Part shown: positions 26,670 through 38,780 of the stretch, piece by piece
Layout of the letters: each line of letters starts with the position of its first letter
How positions within the stretch are numbered: the stretch's first letter is position 1
Origin: Octopus bimaculoides
Taxonomy: Eukaryota
Length of the DNA: 51,368 bases
Reading direction: 5' to 3'
Assembly: GCF_001194135.2 (NCBI RefSeq)
Contig: NC_068987.1
Coordinates: 33,540,708 to 33,592,075 of the forward strand
The notes under the pieces: model-generated
Database searches by the model: none
Told to the model about the DNA's origin: nothing
What the model saw: only the letters and a program-made list of their open reading frames with translations
Position numbers and translations under genes: made by a program

Positions 26670-28995
26670 AATTGCTAAAATCATCTGAAATTGATTGGTT
26701 GAATTGGACGTCTTTTTGGTAAATATTGTGATTTTTGTTGAAATTATCGTTGGAAGTATTACCGTTTTGTTGAACTTTTATTGTTTGTTTCGAAACACCC
26801 TATTTTTCTGACTTTTAGCAGATTTGTTAACGGTTTCCTCCATGGACAAATTTTTTTCCCTTTTTGAATATTTTTTTATCATCATGATGAGCATACGTTC
26901 ATCAGATGTTTCTTCGTCGGACGAAGATTTGAACCAACAAGTTCAGGATGTGAACAGAAAATTGTTGAAAGACAGAAAAAAAAAATGAACAAAATTACAA
27001 GTGGAAAACAAAAAGTAATTATCTTTGTGGCTGTTGCCGACGTCAACAAGGAAGACTTGAAATTTGAAATCTAAGAACTAGGCAAGTTTAAAGGAATGTT
27101 TCAAAGAGGGTTATGAGATCAAACTTACTCCTCCCAGCGAGGTGACGCATGATACCGCTTAGAAAACCATTATTTTTAAGACAGTATCAATGTAGGAAAA
27201 AATCTGGAAAGAATTACCAAGAAACAGGCGGGAAAATGCCTACAACCAATCTGGCAAGATGCTGTGTATCTTGCCAGACGGAATCGGTACGCGACAATAG
27301 AGGTGCGGTTCGCAAGTGAAGATACATTCAGGCAGCACTCAACGTCACCTCTGCAATCGAACGAACTGGTTCTCCTACCTACTTGGGAAAGCTAACTTCC
27401 AGGTGAAGGTAGGAGAAATCCCTTGGGAGGTCGAGGTTGTGTGGCTGGTGGCCGCTATCTTTTTGGGCATGTAGGATAAAGTGACAATCCTCCATGCTAT
27501 GAAAATTCATCAACAAAATTGGCAGGGACAAGGCATAGGAATGCTATTACAGGCCTTCCAAGTTGACGTCAAATTGATTGCGGACACAATACGGGTGGAG
27601 GAGGAGACGATCCTGAGAGTTATTGTGGAGGGTAGAAAGCCAATATGTTTTCAGTGCGGCCAAAAAGGGCACATAAGATCTGAATGCTTCCACCAGTGAA
27701 AACAAAAGCTCAACCATGCTTTGCGAAAACGGCTGCACCTCCTACAACACCAGTGGTCAAGGGGACAAGCAGGGCGGAGCAGCGAAACATGAAAAAAGAA
27801 AAGAGACATAAGCCTTGGACAGCGATGGAGTACGGTATCCAGGAGTGAAATGAAAAGATCCCACCCTTCTTCCACGGACACTTGTCCCCAGCCCATGCCC
27901 ACAGACATTAACACAAAAACAGCTCCCAGAGTCACCAGTCCCCAACCTTCCACCTCTAACTCTAATCTTCACCTCTATAGAAGAGGTACTGAGTACTGGC
28001 AATGCGTTCCAAGTGGTGGTCGCGAGAGTGGCGCTACACCAATACCTCGAGGCTAAATACGAGGGGACTAAGCTACGTGCAGTGGGACGAGAGGGAATCA
28101 AAGCTGTCGGATGGGCTCGTGAAGTAGAGACCCAACGTGGAAATGATGCCGCAATAAAGTCTTTGGCAGATCAGCAGGAGCGTTTGGTAAGGGAACCTGT
28201 GGAAATGAGTAAGATTTTTCAGGAGCATTTCGCCCAGCTTTTCGGGACGGATTGTGAACCGGAGCGCAGGGGGGACCTCACGGACTTTCTCGCCAGTTTT
28301 CCACGTCTCGGGGCGGGAAGCGGAATGCTTTGAAAGACCGATCACAGCAACAGAACGAGTTTATACCCAAATCTCTAATCCGNNNNNNNNNNCCAATACG
28401 TTATACCTTAGAGAGAGTGTGTTGACTTCTTAGCAAGGGCGGGGCTTTGGTCCATTTAGACCAATCAAAAGCTTTTGACAGTTTTGACCATCGGTATATG
28501 GAGTCGGTCCTCGCGGAGTTCGGGCTTGGCTCGTCATTCCGTAGTTGAATCTTAGCACTTTATAGCAACACAGCGAACGAGGTGGTATGTTTGTTGCGTT
28601 TGAAAGGAGCAGGGACAAGTGACTTCATCTCCATGCGAGGTTTGATAAATTACTTCGTTTACCAACTGAAAAGGAAAATTAGGATGGAGAGGTGCTGGCT
28701 GCCTCTGAGTGTGTTCGAGAAAAGATGGAAAAAAAAAATAGCGTACTTGTTGAGAGTAAATATGACACCGCAAGGGAAGTCAAAAGGTCAACAAAGAAAA
28801 AGGTTCCGTGGTGGTACGAGGTTTATGAAATCGCACCCCTACCCCGCTTCATTTTTTGTAAGTATTCTTCATTCGTTTTATATATTCATTATTGAACGTT
28901 TAATCAAATGTTATTATCATTCAAAATAAATCACCTGCCGATCCCTTGTCTGTTCCCTCTTTGTGTAGTCCCCTGTGGACAATTACTGAATAAAT
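26670..28995 (+). mobile_element. Second L1/Tx1-clade LINE: 5' UTR, decayed ORF1 with CCHC zinc knuckle, internally deleted ORF2, 3' end
   Basis: ORF1 remnant starts at ATG 26884 and contains CFQCGQKGHIRSEC (CX2CX4HX4C). ORF2 pieces: KSLADQQERLV...FQEHFAQLF (28013-28333), LVHLDQSKAFDSFDHRY (about 28445-28500) and C-terminal YQLKRKIRMER...FEKRW. No endonuclease and most of RT missing. Confidence 0.85.
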
Positions 28996-29039
28996 CATTT
29001 GTAGAAGCTCAGTGTGACGACGTCCTGGCGGAGACTCTA

Positions 29040-29163
29040 CTATATGTGGTTCCGGGTTCAGTCCCGCTGCGTGACGCTATGAGTAAGTGTCTTCTACTAT
29101 AGCTTTGGGCCGACCAAAGCCTTGTGTGTGGTTTTGGTAGACAGAAACTGAAAGAAGCCTATC

Positions 29164-29170
<7 letters not shown>
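29040..29170 (+). mobile_element. 5' half of a type A SINE
   Basis: ggttccgggttcagtcccgctgcgtgacg...gtaagtgtcttctactatagc...gaaactgaaagaagcc, ending in (TA)n. Confidence 0.7.
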
Positions 29171-29198
<28 letters not shown>

Positions 29199-30162
29199 CT
29201 TCGAAACGCCTGTGTTAGAATGGGGGCAGCTGATGAAGGAAAATGTTCTCTATGTGGCATGTGTGTCTTCTGTACTCTGGTTATTATTATTTTTTGTCTA
29301 CGTTTTGTTTGCAAAGTCCTGTACCCAGAGATGCACCTATATACACAGGTAGATGTAGGTATGCACATACTTGTACGTATATATGCATATACTCATTTAT
29401 TATTTGTTTATATATATTTTATATATGTGTGTGTGTGTATGTGTGTATGTATGTGTGTGTGTGTATGTATGTGTGTGTGTGTATGTATGTGTGTGTGTAT
29501 ACATAATATACTCGTATTCACACGGAAATACCTTTACATCCTCAGGTAGATAGGTACGTACACACACGCGTATACGTACATACATACACATGCATACATA
29601 TGTATATGTACGTATATTTTGCACATTTGTATATTTGAATATTTTTCGTATTAAATGTGCGTGTACGTACAAATATATAAGACAAAAATTATTATGTATA
29701 TCTATTTATATTGAATATGCATGTATGTTCGTGTATATTGTGGTTATATATTTTTAATGTATAAATGTTTGTGTGTATCTCTGTTTCATGTAGATTTGTT
29801 CCGGCGCTGTGTTACTGAATGCACTTAAACTATCATCCCAACTAACAAATCACGTCCTGTCAGGTAACAAACCGTTTGATGCTACATCAAAATCTTAATT
29901 GACGAAAATTGTCGGTTATTTAGTGTATTATATACATTTTTTTTCATTTTACAACGTTAAAACTTAAATCGACTCACTGTCAGATTTGTGTCCATCTTGT
30001 TTTAAAGCTTCTCATTTGATGGGTTGGTGGGGTTGGTGACGTGAGCAGTGAATTCAGTGTGTCAACGTAAGATTTACTTTAAGATGAGAAAATAACATTT
30101 CAATCTCCTTTCCCCCTTTCTGTCTCTCTTCCTTATCGTCTCTATCTCCCATATAATTTCTT

Positions 30163-30208
<46 letters not shown>

Positions 30209-32164
30209 ATTTGTGTCTGTGTATATAAACATCTATATTCCCTGTGTTTTTTCTCGAGCCTCTGTCTTTCTCGCTCTCTTTTTGCTGCTTTCTGTATGTA
30301 TCTAAAAACATACTTACACACACACACACAAACACACACAAACACGCAAACACACTCACGCACACACAATGATTATGATAGATGTATGCATAGGTGTATG
30401 CGTGTGTGAATGTGCGTAACAGTGTCTTACGCATGTGTCAATTTATACCTTTACATATACAGACACAAACACACGCACACATATATAAATATATGCACCC
30501 ACATATATACATAGATACATACAAACATACACGTACATTCTCGCACACACACGCACGCACAGAAACATATCTATTAGTGGGAAAGAGAGGGGGGAGAGAA
30601 TGGAGGGCGACATAACTGTTCAATGTTTCACGATTATGTTGTATGCTATTTTACAGCTTTTCCAGCACGTGACTGTTTTGTGATGTTTCATTTCTATCAT
30701 ATTGCTGTTTATATATATATTACAATACGTAGTATTTATAATATATCATATTATATTAAATTATAGTGCACTGTAATCACATTTTAAGTATATTAATATC
30801 ATATTATGTTTTTCTATTACATTTCTATAATTCTGTGTAAAATAAAATGATAAATCGATTTGTTTTTCTATGATTATATTAGGATAGTTTAGATCGGTGG
30901 ATTGGCATAATAGAGAATATATAATTTACAATAATTTCTTTTTAACTTCTGTGTTCGAATTTCAAGTCTCCGCCATCGAGCGTTCATTTTCCATTGTCAG
31001 TCATCCTTCTGTTTTCACTACTTATAATTGAAACTTATTTACGAAGACTCTCAGTACCTATCTCCCCTTCATCCTCTCTATCCGACAATTTTATAACTTT
31101 GTGATTGTGAGTATTTTTTAATATATTAAATAAGTTTTTGTATTTATTTTAGTCTATTTTATTATATTTTGTAATTTGAAACCCTGTCAGAAACTTTAGC
31201 TTTTATCTCGCAGATATAGACAAAACGTGCAATGCTGAAAATCGACCAAATATCTCACGTTTCTATAAAATGTGCACACATATGCAGACCATTAGCAAAA
31301 AAGTAAAATAAGCAAACAAGCAAATACAAAACTCAAACCAATAAAACTGTATTACTTGAAGTATTATAAAACAGTAGGATTCATCGAAACATGGTCACGA
31401 ATCTTTGTGAAGTCTCATTTTGTTATAATTACTTCATATCCGTAACTAATGCACTTCGCTTGACATTTCCAAAATATGCAAATCTTTGAGAGTATATATT
31501 AAACTCTGTAAGGAGCTAAATATATAACATTTAAAACGACTGAACATTTCAGCTTAGGATTTTTAATCTCTTTTAAGTATGACAACAGAACATTTTCTGA
31601 TGCAGAGGCTCAATGCGAAAGAAGTCAAGTTCATATAAAATTCTTTTTTGTGTGGTATATTAAGTTACGCTTAAAGGCTTGTTCGACTGATTCACATTCC
31701 GTCTGACTTAACTTTGAGCCTAATTCATACAAATTGTCAACCATGCAAATTGTATTGTTTCAAAAATATCTAGGCATCTTTCTTACATATGAAACATAAA
31801 ATACAATTGCTAAAAATCCACTCTGCATGTAATTACATTACTCTTCTCATTTACAAGAAAGTAAAAAGTATTACAATTCGATTAGAAAATATTCGCCACT
31901 ATTTTGCTACTCATTCATTTGGTATCCTACTATAAGGAGTAGAAACTGGATATTAGAGTAAAATGTTGATAGTTCATACGTTTCTGAGCATTGCATGGTA
32001 TGTGAATTTAAATGCGCTTGTTATTAATCCTCGCTTTGTTTGTATGAGTGTATATTAAACATATACACTCATAAAAATAAAAACACACAAACGCGCGCGC
32101 GCAAACACGCATACATACATATAAGAATGTATACACAAATACATGTTTGCAATTATGTGTATGC

Positions 32165-32230
<66 letters not shown>

Positions 32231-32841
32231 TTGTCTAAATATAGGTTATGAGAGGTAATGGTGTCAAGATAATCCAAAGGTGTCGGGTAATGCTGAGTAA
32301 GTACTATGGACATACTATAGTTAAGTTCCATGTTCGGTGAATGTGCGAATGAGGAGACCAACGTAGGTTATATATCAGCATGCGTATATATGTAAACAAG
32401 TTAACAGGAAATAAATATCACAGGCTGTAAAAGAGTTCAGAACATTTATAAAGAGGTCTTACAGCTGTCAGTGGGATATTTTATATACCCCTTCATCGAT
32501 GACGGTGTGAGAAAATGGTTAAGCAATAGTTATTCTAAATGAGATATGAAATAGAGAATGAAGTTCAGGAATGAAGGTGAGCTATGCAGGGATATACTAT
32601 TGGAACTTACTTACAAGGCATAGGAATCATTTATGTATACCATTCTAAAAACAGGACAGTGGTGACATACAAAGAAACCGAACGAAGACAAGCATGGAGG
32701 ATCGTTAGACCAGAACGAGAGGAAAACATTGAACATTGGGAGAAATATTTTCTTTGAGAAGAGAAAAGATAGAAAAGAGACAAAGAAAACGCCCAGTCCT
32801 TTGAAGGGCCATTCAGGAAAAGAAAGATGGTCACATGTGAA

Positions 32842-34140
32842 AGTGCGTAAGATATTTGAGGACATAGCTATTTTGGATCATTGATGCGTTTTTTACTAAC
32901 TCTGTATAACTTTTGTTTCAGAAAATAATAAAGGCAGACACTCGTCTTACTCAAATGAAGAGGCATGCTGTTATTGTAGTTAATAAAGGCTGAATATAGT
33001 CATTTAGAAGTATCACGATTCTTATTAGTTTCCAGATCTTTCGTCTACAAAGTTTTTAAGGACCTAGAGACTGAACATGATAACGTGTCTCCAGTATGAA
33101 AGCATAAACAAGCTTTCTAAACGCTCTCAAAGCATCAGAACACCTGTATTTATCCAACACGTTCCTCAGATCATTGATTACAATCCCAGAAATCATTGGA
33201 GTTAATGGCAAACGATCTCCACGTGTCAGAAGGAACAGTTAGAAATGTTGTCCATGGAGACATCAGATATAAATCTTATATGATGAGGAAAGGTCAATTT
33301 GTCAACAGAAAAGGAAAAGAGAAGCACAACATCAGATCTAAAAGGCTCTTAAACAAATTGAAAAATCCAACAGAAGATTTAATTTGTTTTTTCTCAAACG
33401 GGAAAAACTTCGACCAAGACCAAAACTTAACAGAAGAAATGACAGATGGTTACGTGCAGACCCTTCTGAACTTCCAAGTGTTTTATGCATACAAAATGTC
33501 CTGCAGCTGGCACGGTTTTAGGGGTTGTCAGCAATGAAGGACATGTGATGCTTCTTTCCAGAAGGCCTTAGAGTTAACTCTGCCGCATACGTTGATGTCC
33601 TGGAAATAATTGTTAAGCCCTGGATAGACAGTGTATGCAATGGAAGGTCATATGTATTTCAGTAAGACACTGCACTATCACGCATGGCTCTGCACAGACA
33701 GTATATGCAATGGAAAACCATATGTATTTCAGTAAGACTGCAGAATCACGCATGGCTCTAGTAACACGCTAATGGGTGGCTGACAACTTTCATGAACTAA
33801 TAACCCCAAATATTTGGCCTTCTAATTCCCCAGATCTCAATCCATGGGACTATTATATGGGGAGCGTTCTTGAGAGAGACATCAATGAACGTGCCCATAA
33901 AATTCTTTGAAAGCTGCCATAGTCAGAGTAATGTCCAAAATAAACCAGGACCACTTGTTTCGAGCATGTAGATGATTTAGATCACATACAGAAGCAGTTG
34001 TTGAAACTGAGGGTGGCCTTAATGAATAACATTATTGAAACGAAAATTTATCTTTATCCTCATGGCATTTTTTGATAAAGTTATTATACATCTGATTTTT
34101 ATAAACATAAATCTGTCCTCAAACATCTTACGCACTACGT
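32842..34140 (+). mobile_element. Tc1/mariner DD37D (maT-type) DNA transposon, about full length, pseudogenised
   Basis: TIR AGTGCGTAAGATATTTGAGGACA (32842-32864) versus its reverse complement at 34114-34136 (22/23 match). Transposase remnants FSNGKNFDQDQ, FQ*D and WPSNSPDLNPWDY, with 37 residues between the 2nd and 3rd Asp when frameshifts and the duplication are corrected. Confidence 0.85.
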
Positions 34141-34263
34141 ATATATATATATATATATATACATATACATGTATAAACTTACGCACAGATACGCACACAC
34201 GCGGGCACATAGACATATATATTGATAGTTGCATGTAATATATACGTGTCTATATGTGTGTGA

Positions 34264-34324
<61 letters not shown>

Positions 34325-35132
34325 CGTTTATGTGCGCTTGCGCTCGCCGATTACATGTGGAATTTTTTCGTACACCACATTCTATCTTATATATTATAGT
34401 CGGTATATCCGAATATTATTAGCTGACCGTTGCATATTCTAATGTTCAGTAAATTTGAATGTATTACTAATTGTTACAAAAGAAAGCTCTGAATCTCTGA
34501 ACTATCGTTTCGAAAATCTTACGAATGTGTAACGTATACAATTGATTTTCATATTTTTAGGATTGTATTTCAGTTTCTAACAGTTCAAACGAGCTTTCTC
34601 TTCGATTATTCAGTATTCCTAGCCAGGCGCCAATTTTCTGTCATTCACCTGAACAGATTGAGCAACACGACAGAATTTACAACATAGTTAACTATGAATT
34701 CTTCGTTAGTAAATCTTATTACAGTTTATGAAATAATTATATGAATATTTTGTAAAGCTGAATTATTCTCTCAAAATATTGACATGAATACAACAACAGA
34801 ATTTTTACATATATTTCTAATCACATTTTCTTATTTAGACAAACAACACTTTGTTTCTCCTTTACACTTTCTTCTTATTGTTATTCCTATTCGCCAACAG
34901 CTTTTAATTATGAATTGGACACGTTTGCTTCATTATTATGCATTAAACTTCATTTTGCGTCATGCGTATATCACAATAGTGCGTTGTCAGCAAACAACGA
35001 ATATCCTTGGAGTCATTTACAGCTAATCAAAATTCTGTTCGTAAGTCTGCGTAATGTTACAATAAATTCCCTGATTGTGTTATCAGAAATACAGTCACGT
35101 ACTGGTCAAATAGGTTCATTTGTATGTATATG

Positions 35133-35195
<63 letters not shown>

Positions 35196-35213
35196 ATATA
35201 TAGATATATATAG

Positions 35214-35244
<31 letters not shown>

Positions 35245-36019
35245 CACACATATATACACATACGTACACATGCACACGCGCACACCCATATATACATATA
35301 TATATATATGTATGTGTGTGTGTGTGTGTGTATGTGTGTGCAATGCATGAAGGAACATTCATGGATTACACATAGCAATTCACTATCCGATAAATAACAA
35401 ACGAATACTTTGCCTCTGAGAATGATGAACCGCACAGAAGTAGCTTAATGTGTGTGTTTGTGTATGTATGTAACTGTATGTGTATGTATGTATGCGTGTA
35501 TGTATGTATGTGTATGTATGTATGTATATATGTAAGTGTGTATGTATGTATGAGCGTAAATTTATAAGTGCCGATGTCTACCTATGCACTTTGAAACACG
35601 GTCGAAACATTTCTTCCAGATGTTCCTCCAAACTTCAAAAACGTCCAGAAAGAATGACGGAAGAATAAAAAAACATCCATCCAACCTGAAGTCTTAATTT
35701 ATGTTGATAATTTTTCTTGTTTTTCTTTTTATTTTGCATAAGTGTGCATATTTTATAGACATCTTTTCAGCGTTGCAACTTTTCTCTACACCTGCGAGAA
35801 AAAGGATTTTACAAGTAGTATGTTCTTAGATAACCGAAAAGATTTGATAGAATTATAAAATTTATATAACTTACCCTGTTACGTCAGATAATAGATATTA
35901 TATATTCGGCCAAAGTCATTAGATATATTCCTCTTTCATAAAATTTAATTGGCGAATACCTTATTTACACTTCCAAACAGAATAGCATGTGCAACAATAT
36001 CTTCTTTAACTGTATCCAA

Positions 36020-36150
36020 CATATACGTTTGCTTCCCAAACACATGGTTCCAGATTCATCCCCACTGCGTGACACCTTCCGTGGTTGCCTGTTGCTAGGA
36101 CTTCAGATCGATTAAAGCCTTGTCAGTAACAGTTCTAGACGGAAATCTCT
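36020..36150 (+). mobile_element. Decayed type A SINE 5' fragment
   Basis: gcttcccaaacacatggttccagattcatccccactgcgtgacacctt...aaagccttgt...gacggaaa resembles the head and centre of the other copies. Confidence 0.5.
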
Positions 36151-36724
36151 CTCTATATATGCATACATGCATACATACATACATACATACATATATACAT
36201 GCATAAATGTGATAGTGGATTTTCATTGATGAGTTCTTGAAACTTGGTTCTTTTCCCTAAAACTATATATATATATATATATATATNNNNNNNNNNNNNN
36301 NNNNNNNNNNNNNNNNNNNNNNNNNNNNNNNNNNNNNNNNNNNNNNNNNNNNNNNNNNNNNNNNNNNNNNNNNNNNNNNNNNNNNNNNNNNNNNNNNNNN
36401 NNNNNNNNNNNNNNNNNNNNNNNNNNNNNNNNNNNNNNNNNNNNNNNNNNNNNNNNNNNNNNNNNNNNNNNNNNNNNNNNNNNNNNNNNNNNNNNNNNNN
36501 NNNNNNNNNNNNNNNNNNNNNNNNNNNNNNNNNNNNNNNNNNNNNNNNNNNNNNNNNNNNNNNNNNNNNNNNNNNNNNNNNNNNNNNNNNNNNNNNNNNN
36601 NNNNNNNNNNNNNNNNNNNNNNNNNNNNNNNNNNNNNNNNNNNNNNNNNNNNNNNNNNNNNNNNNNNNNNNNNNNNNNNNNNNNNNNNNNNNNNNNNNNN
36701 NNNNNNNNNNNNNNNNNNNNNNNN

Positions 36725-37640
36725 TATGTACTGCGCTACAAGTCCACAAGTGCCTCCCAACTGGCATACACAGGACCTGGAGGTACTGCAATCCCAGAAC
36801 CACAAGCCCTGAGAGACCTGGGCATCAACATGTGTAGTGATGCATCATTTCACATGCACATTGTCAAGTTGTCAGCAGAGTGCAGACAGCTGGCGGGGTG
36901 GATACTGAGGACATTCCGTACAAGGGATGAAAACGTCATCCTGACTCTATTGAAGACATTTGTCCTGAGCCGCCTAGACTATTGCTCTCAGTTGTGGTCA
37001 CCACACAGTGTCAAACGGACAGTGGAACTCGAAACAATTCAGAGGCACTATACAAAAAAGATCGCCACAGTCCAGCAGATGAACTACAGGGAGTGACTGA
37101 AGGCATTAGGTCTCTACTCCCTGGAATGCAGGCGGGAGAGATATGTAATAATTTACATGTGGAAAATACTGGAAGGACTGGTGCCAAACTTTGGCATCAA
37201 GTACTACAGGAATGCCTGCACTGGTCGCCACTGCATGGTGCCAAATGTGCCGTCCACTGCATATCACATAAAAACAAGATGCTGCAGCAGCGTCGGTTTC
37301 AGAGGACCTCAGCTCTTCAATGCCCTGCCAAAACATTTGAGAGACCTGCAAGACACGGATGTGGAGGTCTTCAAGACAAAACTCGACGCTTTCCTCTCCA
37401 CGATACCAAACGAACCAACGGCTGCAAATGAGACACAGTTTAGGGCAGCGATGTCAAATTCTCTTATACACCAGATGTGCCATCAACACTCTTGATTGGA
37501 CTATATCAGGTGCAGGAGAAGAGCCATGCAAGGAACGTGAAGAGAGCAAAGCATAAAGACAGAAAATCACGGTGGTGCTCCAGCATGACCACATCCACTT
37601 GGCTGAAACCCATAAATAAATAAATAAATAAATAAATAAA
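36725..37640 (+). mobile_element. CR1-clade LINE 3' fragment with (AAAT)n tail
   Basis: LAGWILRTF, FVLSRLDYCSQLWSP, LETIQRHYTK, LGLYSLECRRER, PQLFNALP and FKTKLDAFL are typical of the CR1/L2 ORF2 C-terminus. One in-frame TGA (37094-37096). 5' end lost at an N-gap. Confidence 0.9.
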
Positions 37641-37735
37641 TATATATATATGCATACTTTATATATATACATATATATATATCTACATACATACGTATAT
37701 ATATATATTTGTGTGTGTGTGCATACATATATATA

Positions 37736-38285
37736 CAAGGGGTGGTGTAAAGACTGTTGTCTTAGTTGCACAAAAATGAAAATAACACTAGCATCTAATT
37801 TAAACAGATATATTTACCAAAGTTACATAAAATAATCTTGATATATTAAAGTTTAATTTTATTCAGTAACATAGTCATTGGCTTGAACACAGCTTCCAGA
37901 TAACTTCGGAATGTCTTACAACTATTCTGGACGCTCTCCTTATTTAATTTGTTGTATACTGCCATAATTCTTGCCTTCAGTTCATCTTTGGTGTTACAAG
38001 GAGTTTTGTTGGACTCTCACTCAACTGTGCACCACACATAATAATCAAAGTGGTTGAAGTCTGGGAAATTAGGTGGCCGGATGTTAGGGGTGATGTGGTC
38101 GCAGAAATTGTCTGACAGACATGATTGGGTTCTTCTGCTTGTGTGGAATGCTGCAGAGTCCAACTGCCAGATCCACCCTTTTGCAGGATCCACCCTTTTA
38201 GCCGAGTCAGCACTAATTCCTTCAGGCCTCCGTATTGAGTTGAAGCCGTGTGAGAAGATCAATGGAGGTATAACATCATCTCAAT
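37736..38285 (-). mobile_element. Second DD37D (maT-type) transposon, 3' fragment with one TIR
   Basis: ORF 38017-38262: WQLDSAAFHTSRRTQ...RPPNFPDFNHFDYYVW, with 37 residues between the Asp residues. Terminus TA|CAAGGGGTGGTG differs from the TIR of the copy at 32842, so a different subfamily. Confidence 0.8.
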
Positions 38286-38399
38286 AGGGTTCACTCAAAA
38301 CAACATGATGCTGACTGGATGCTTAATTTTAATAACTATCGGTACTTGTCCTCAGATTGCAGTGTCCTCATTTATTTAACTCATTTAAATAAAAGGGAA

Positions 38400-38505
38400 T
38401 CTTTGTGGCGACTATTGCTATAGTAGAAAGCAGTCACCCAAAGTGTCACGCAGTGGGACTGAACTGAAACCACGAGGCTTGAAATCACATGTCTTATCAC
38501 ACAAT
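38400..38505 (-). mobile_element. Type A SINE head fragment
   Basis: Reverse complement ggtttcagttcagtcccactgcgtgacactttgggtgactgctttctactatagc. Confidence 0.55.
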
Positions 38506-38544
38506 CGCGTCTATCCCGGCAATGACAGTAGCATGCCTGAAATC

Positions 38545-38780
38545 TATCTCTTATTCCTTTACTGCCCACAAGGGGCTACACACAAAGGAGACAAACAAGG
38601 ACAGACAAACGGATTTAGTCGATTATATCAACCGCAATGCGTACCTGGTACTTATTTAATCGACTCCGAAAGGATGAAAGGCAAAGTCGACCTCGGTAGT
38701 ATTTGAACTCAGAACGTAGCGGCAGACGAAATACCGCTAAGCGTTTCGCTCGGTGTGCTAACGTTTCTGCCAGCTTGCCG
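38545..38780 (-). mobile_element. Type B SINE with L1/Tx1-like 3' tail
   Basis: Reverse complement: aagcggcaagctggcagaaacgttagc (A-box-like), gttctgagttcaaat (B-box-like), gaggtcgactttgcctttcatcctttcggagtcgattaaataagtacc, tail ccttgtttgtctcctttgtgtgtagccccttgtgggcagtaaaggaataag. Confidence 0.8.

Noticed and set aside
31214-31310. Acceptor plus open frame IDKTCNAENRPNISRFYKMCTHMQTISKK
   Set aside because: A possible exon, but the donor is weak and I cannot link it to the other candidates.
31580-31640. YDNRTFSDAEAQCE, C-type-lectin-like peptide after an acceptor
   Set aside because: Too short, no convincing donor and no other lectin motifs nearby.
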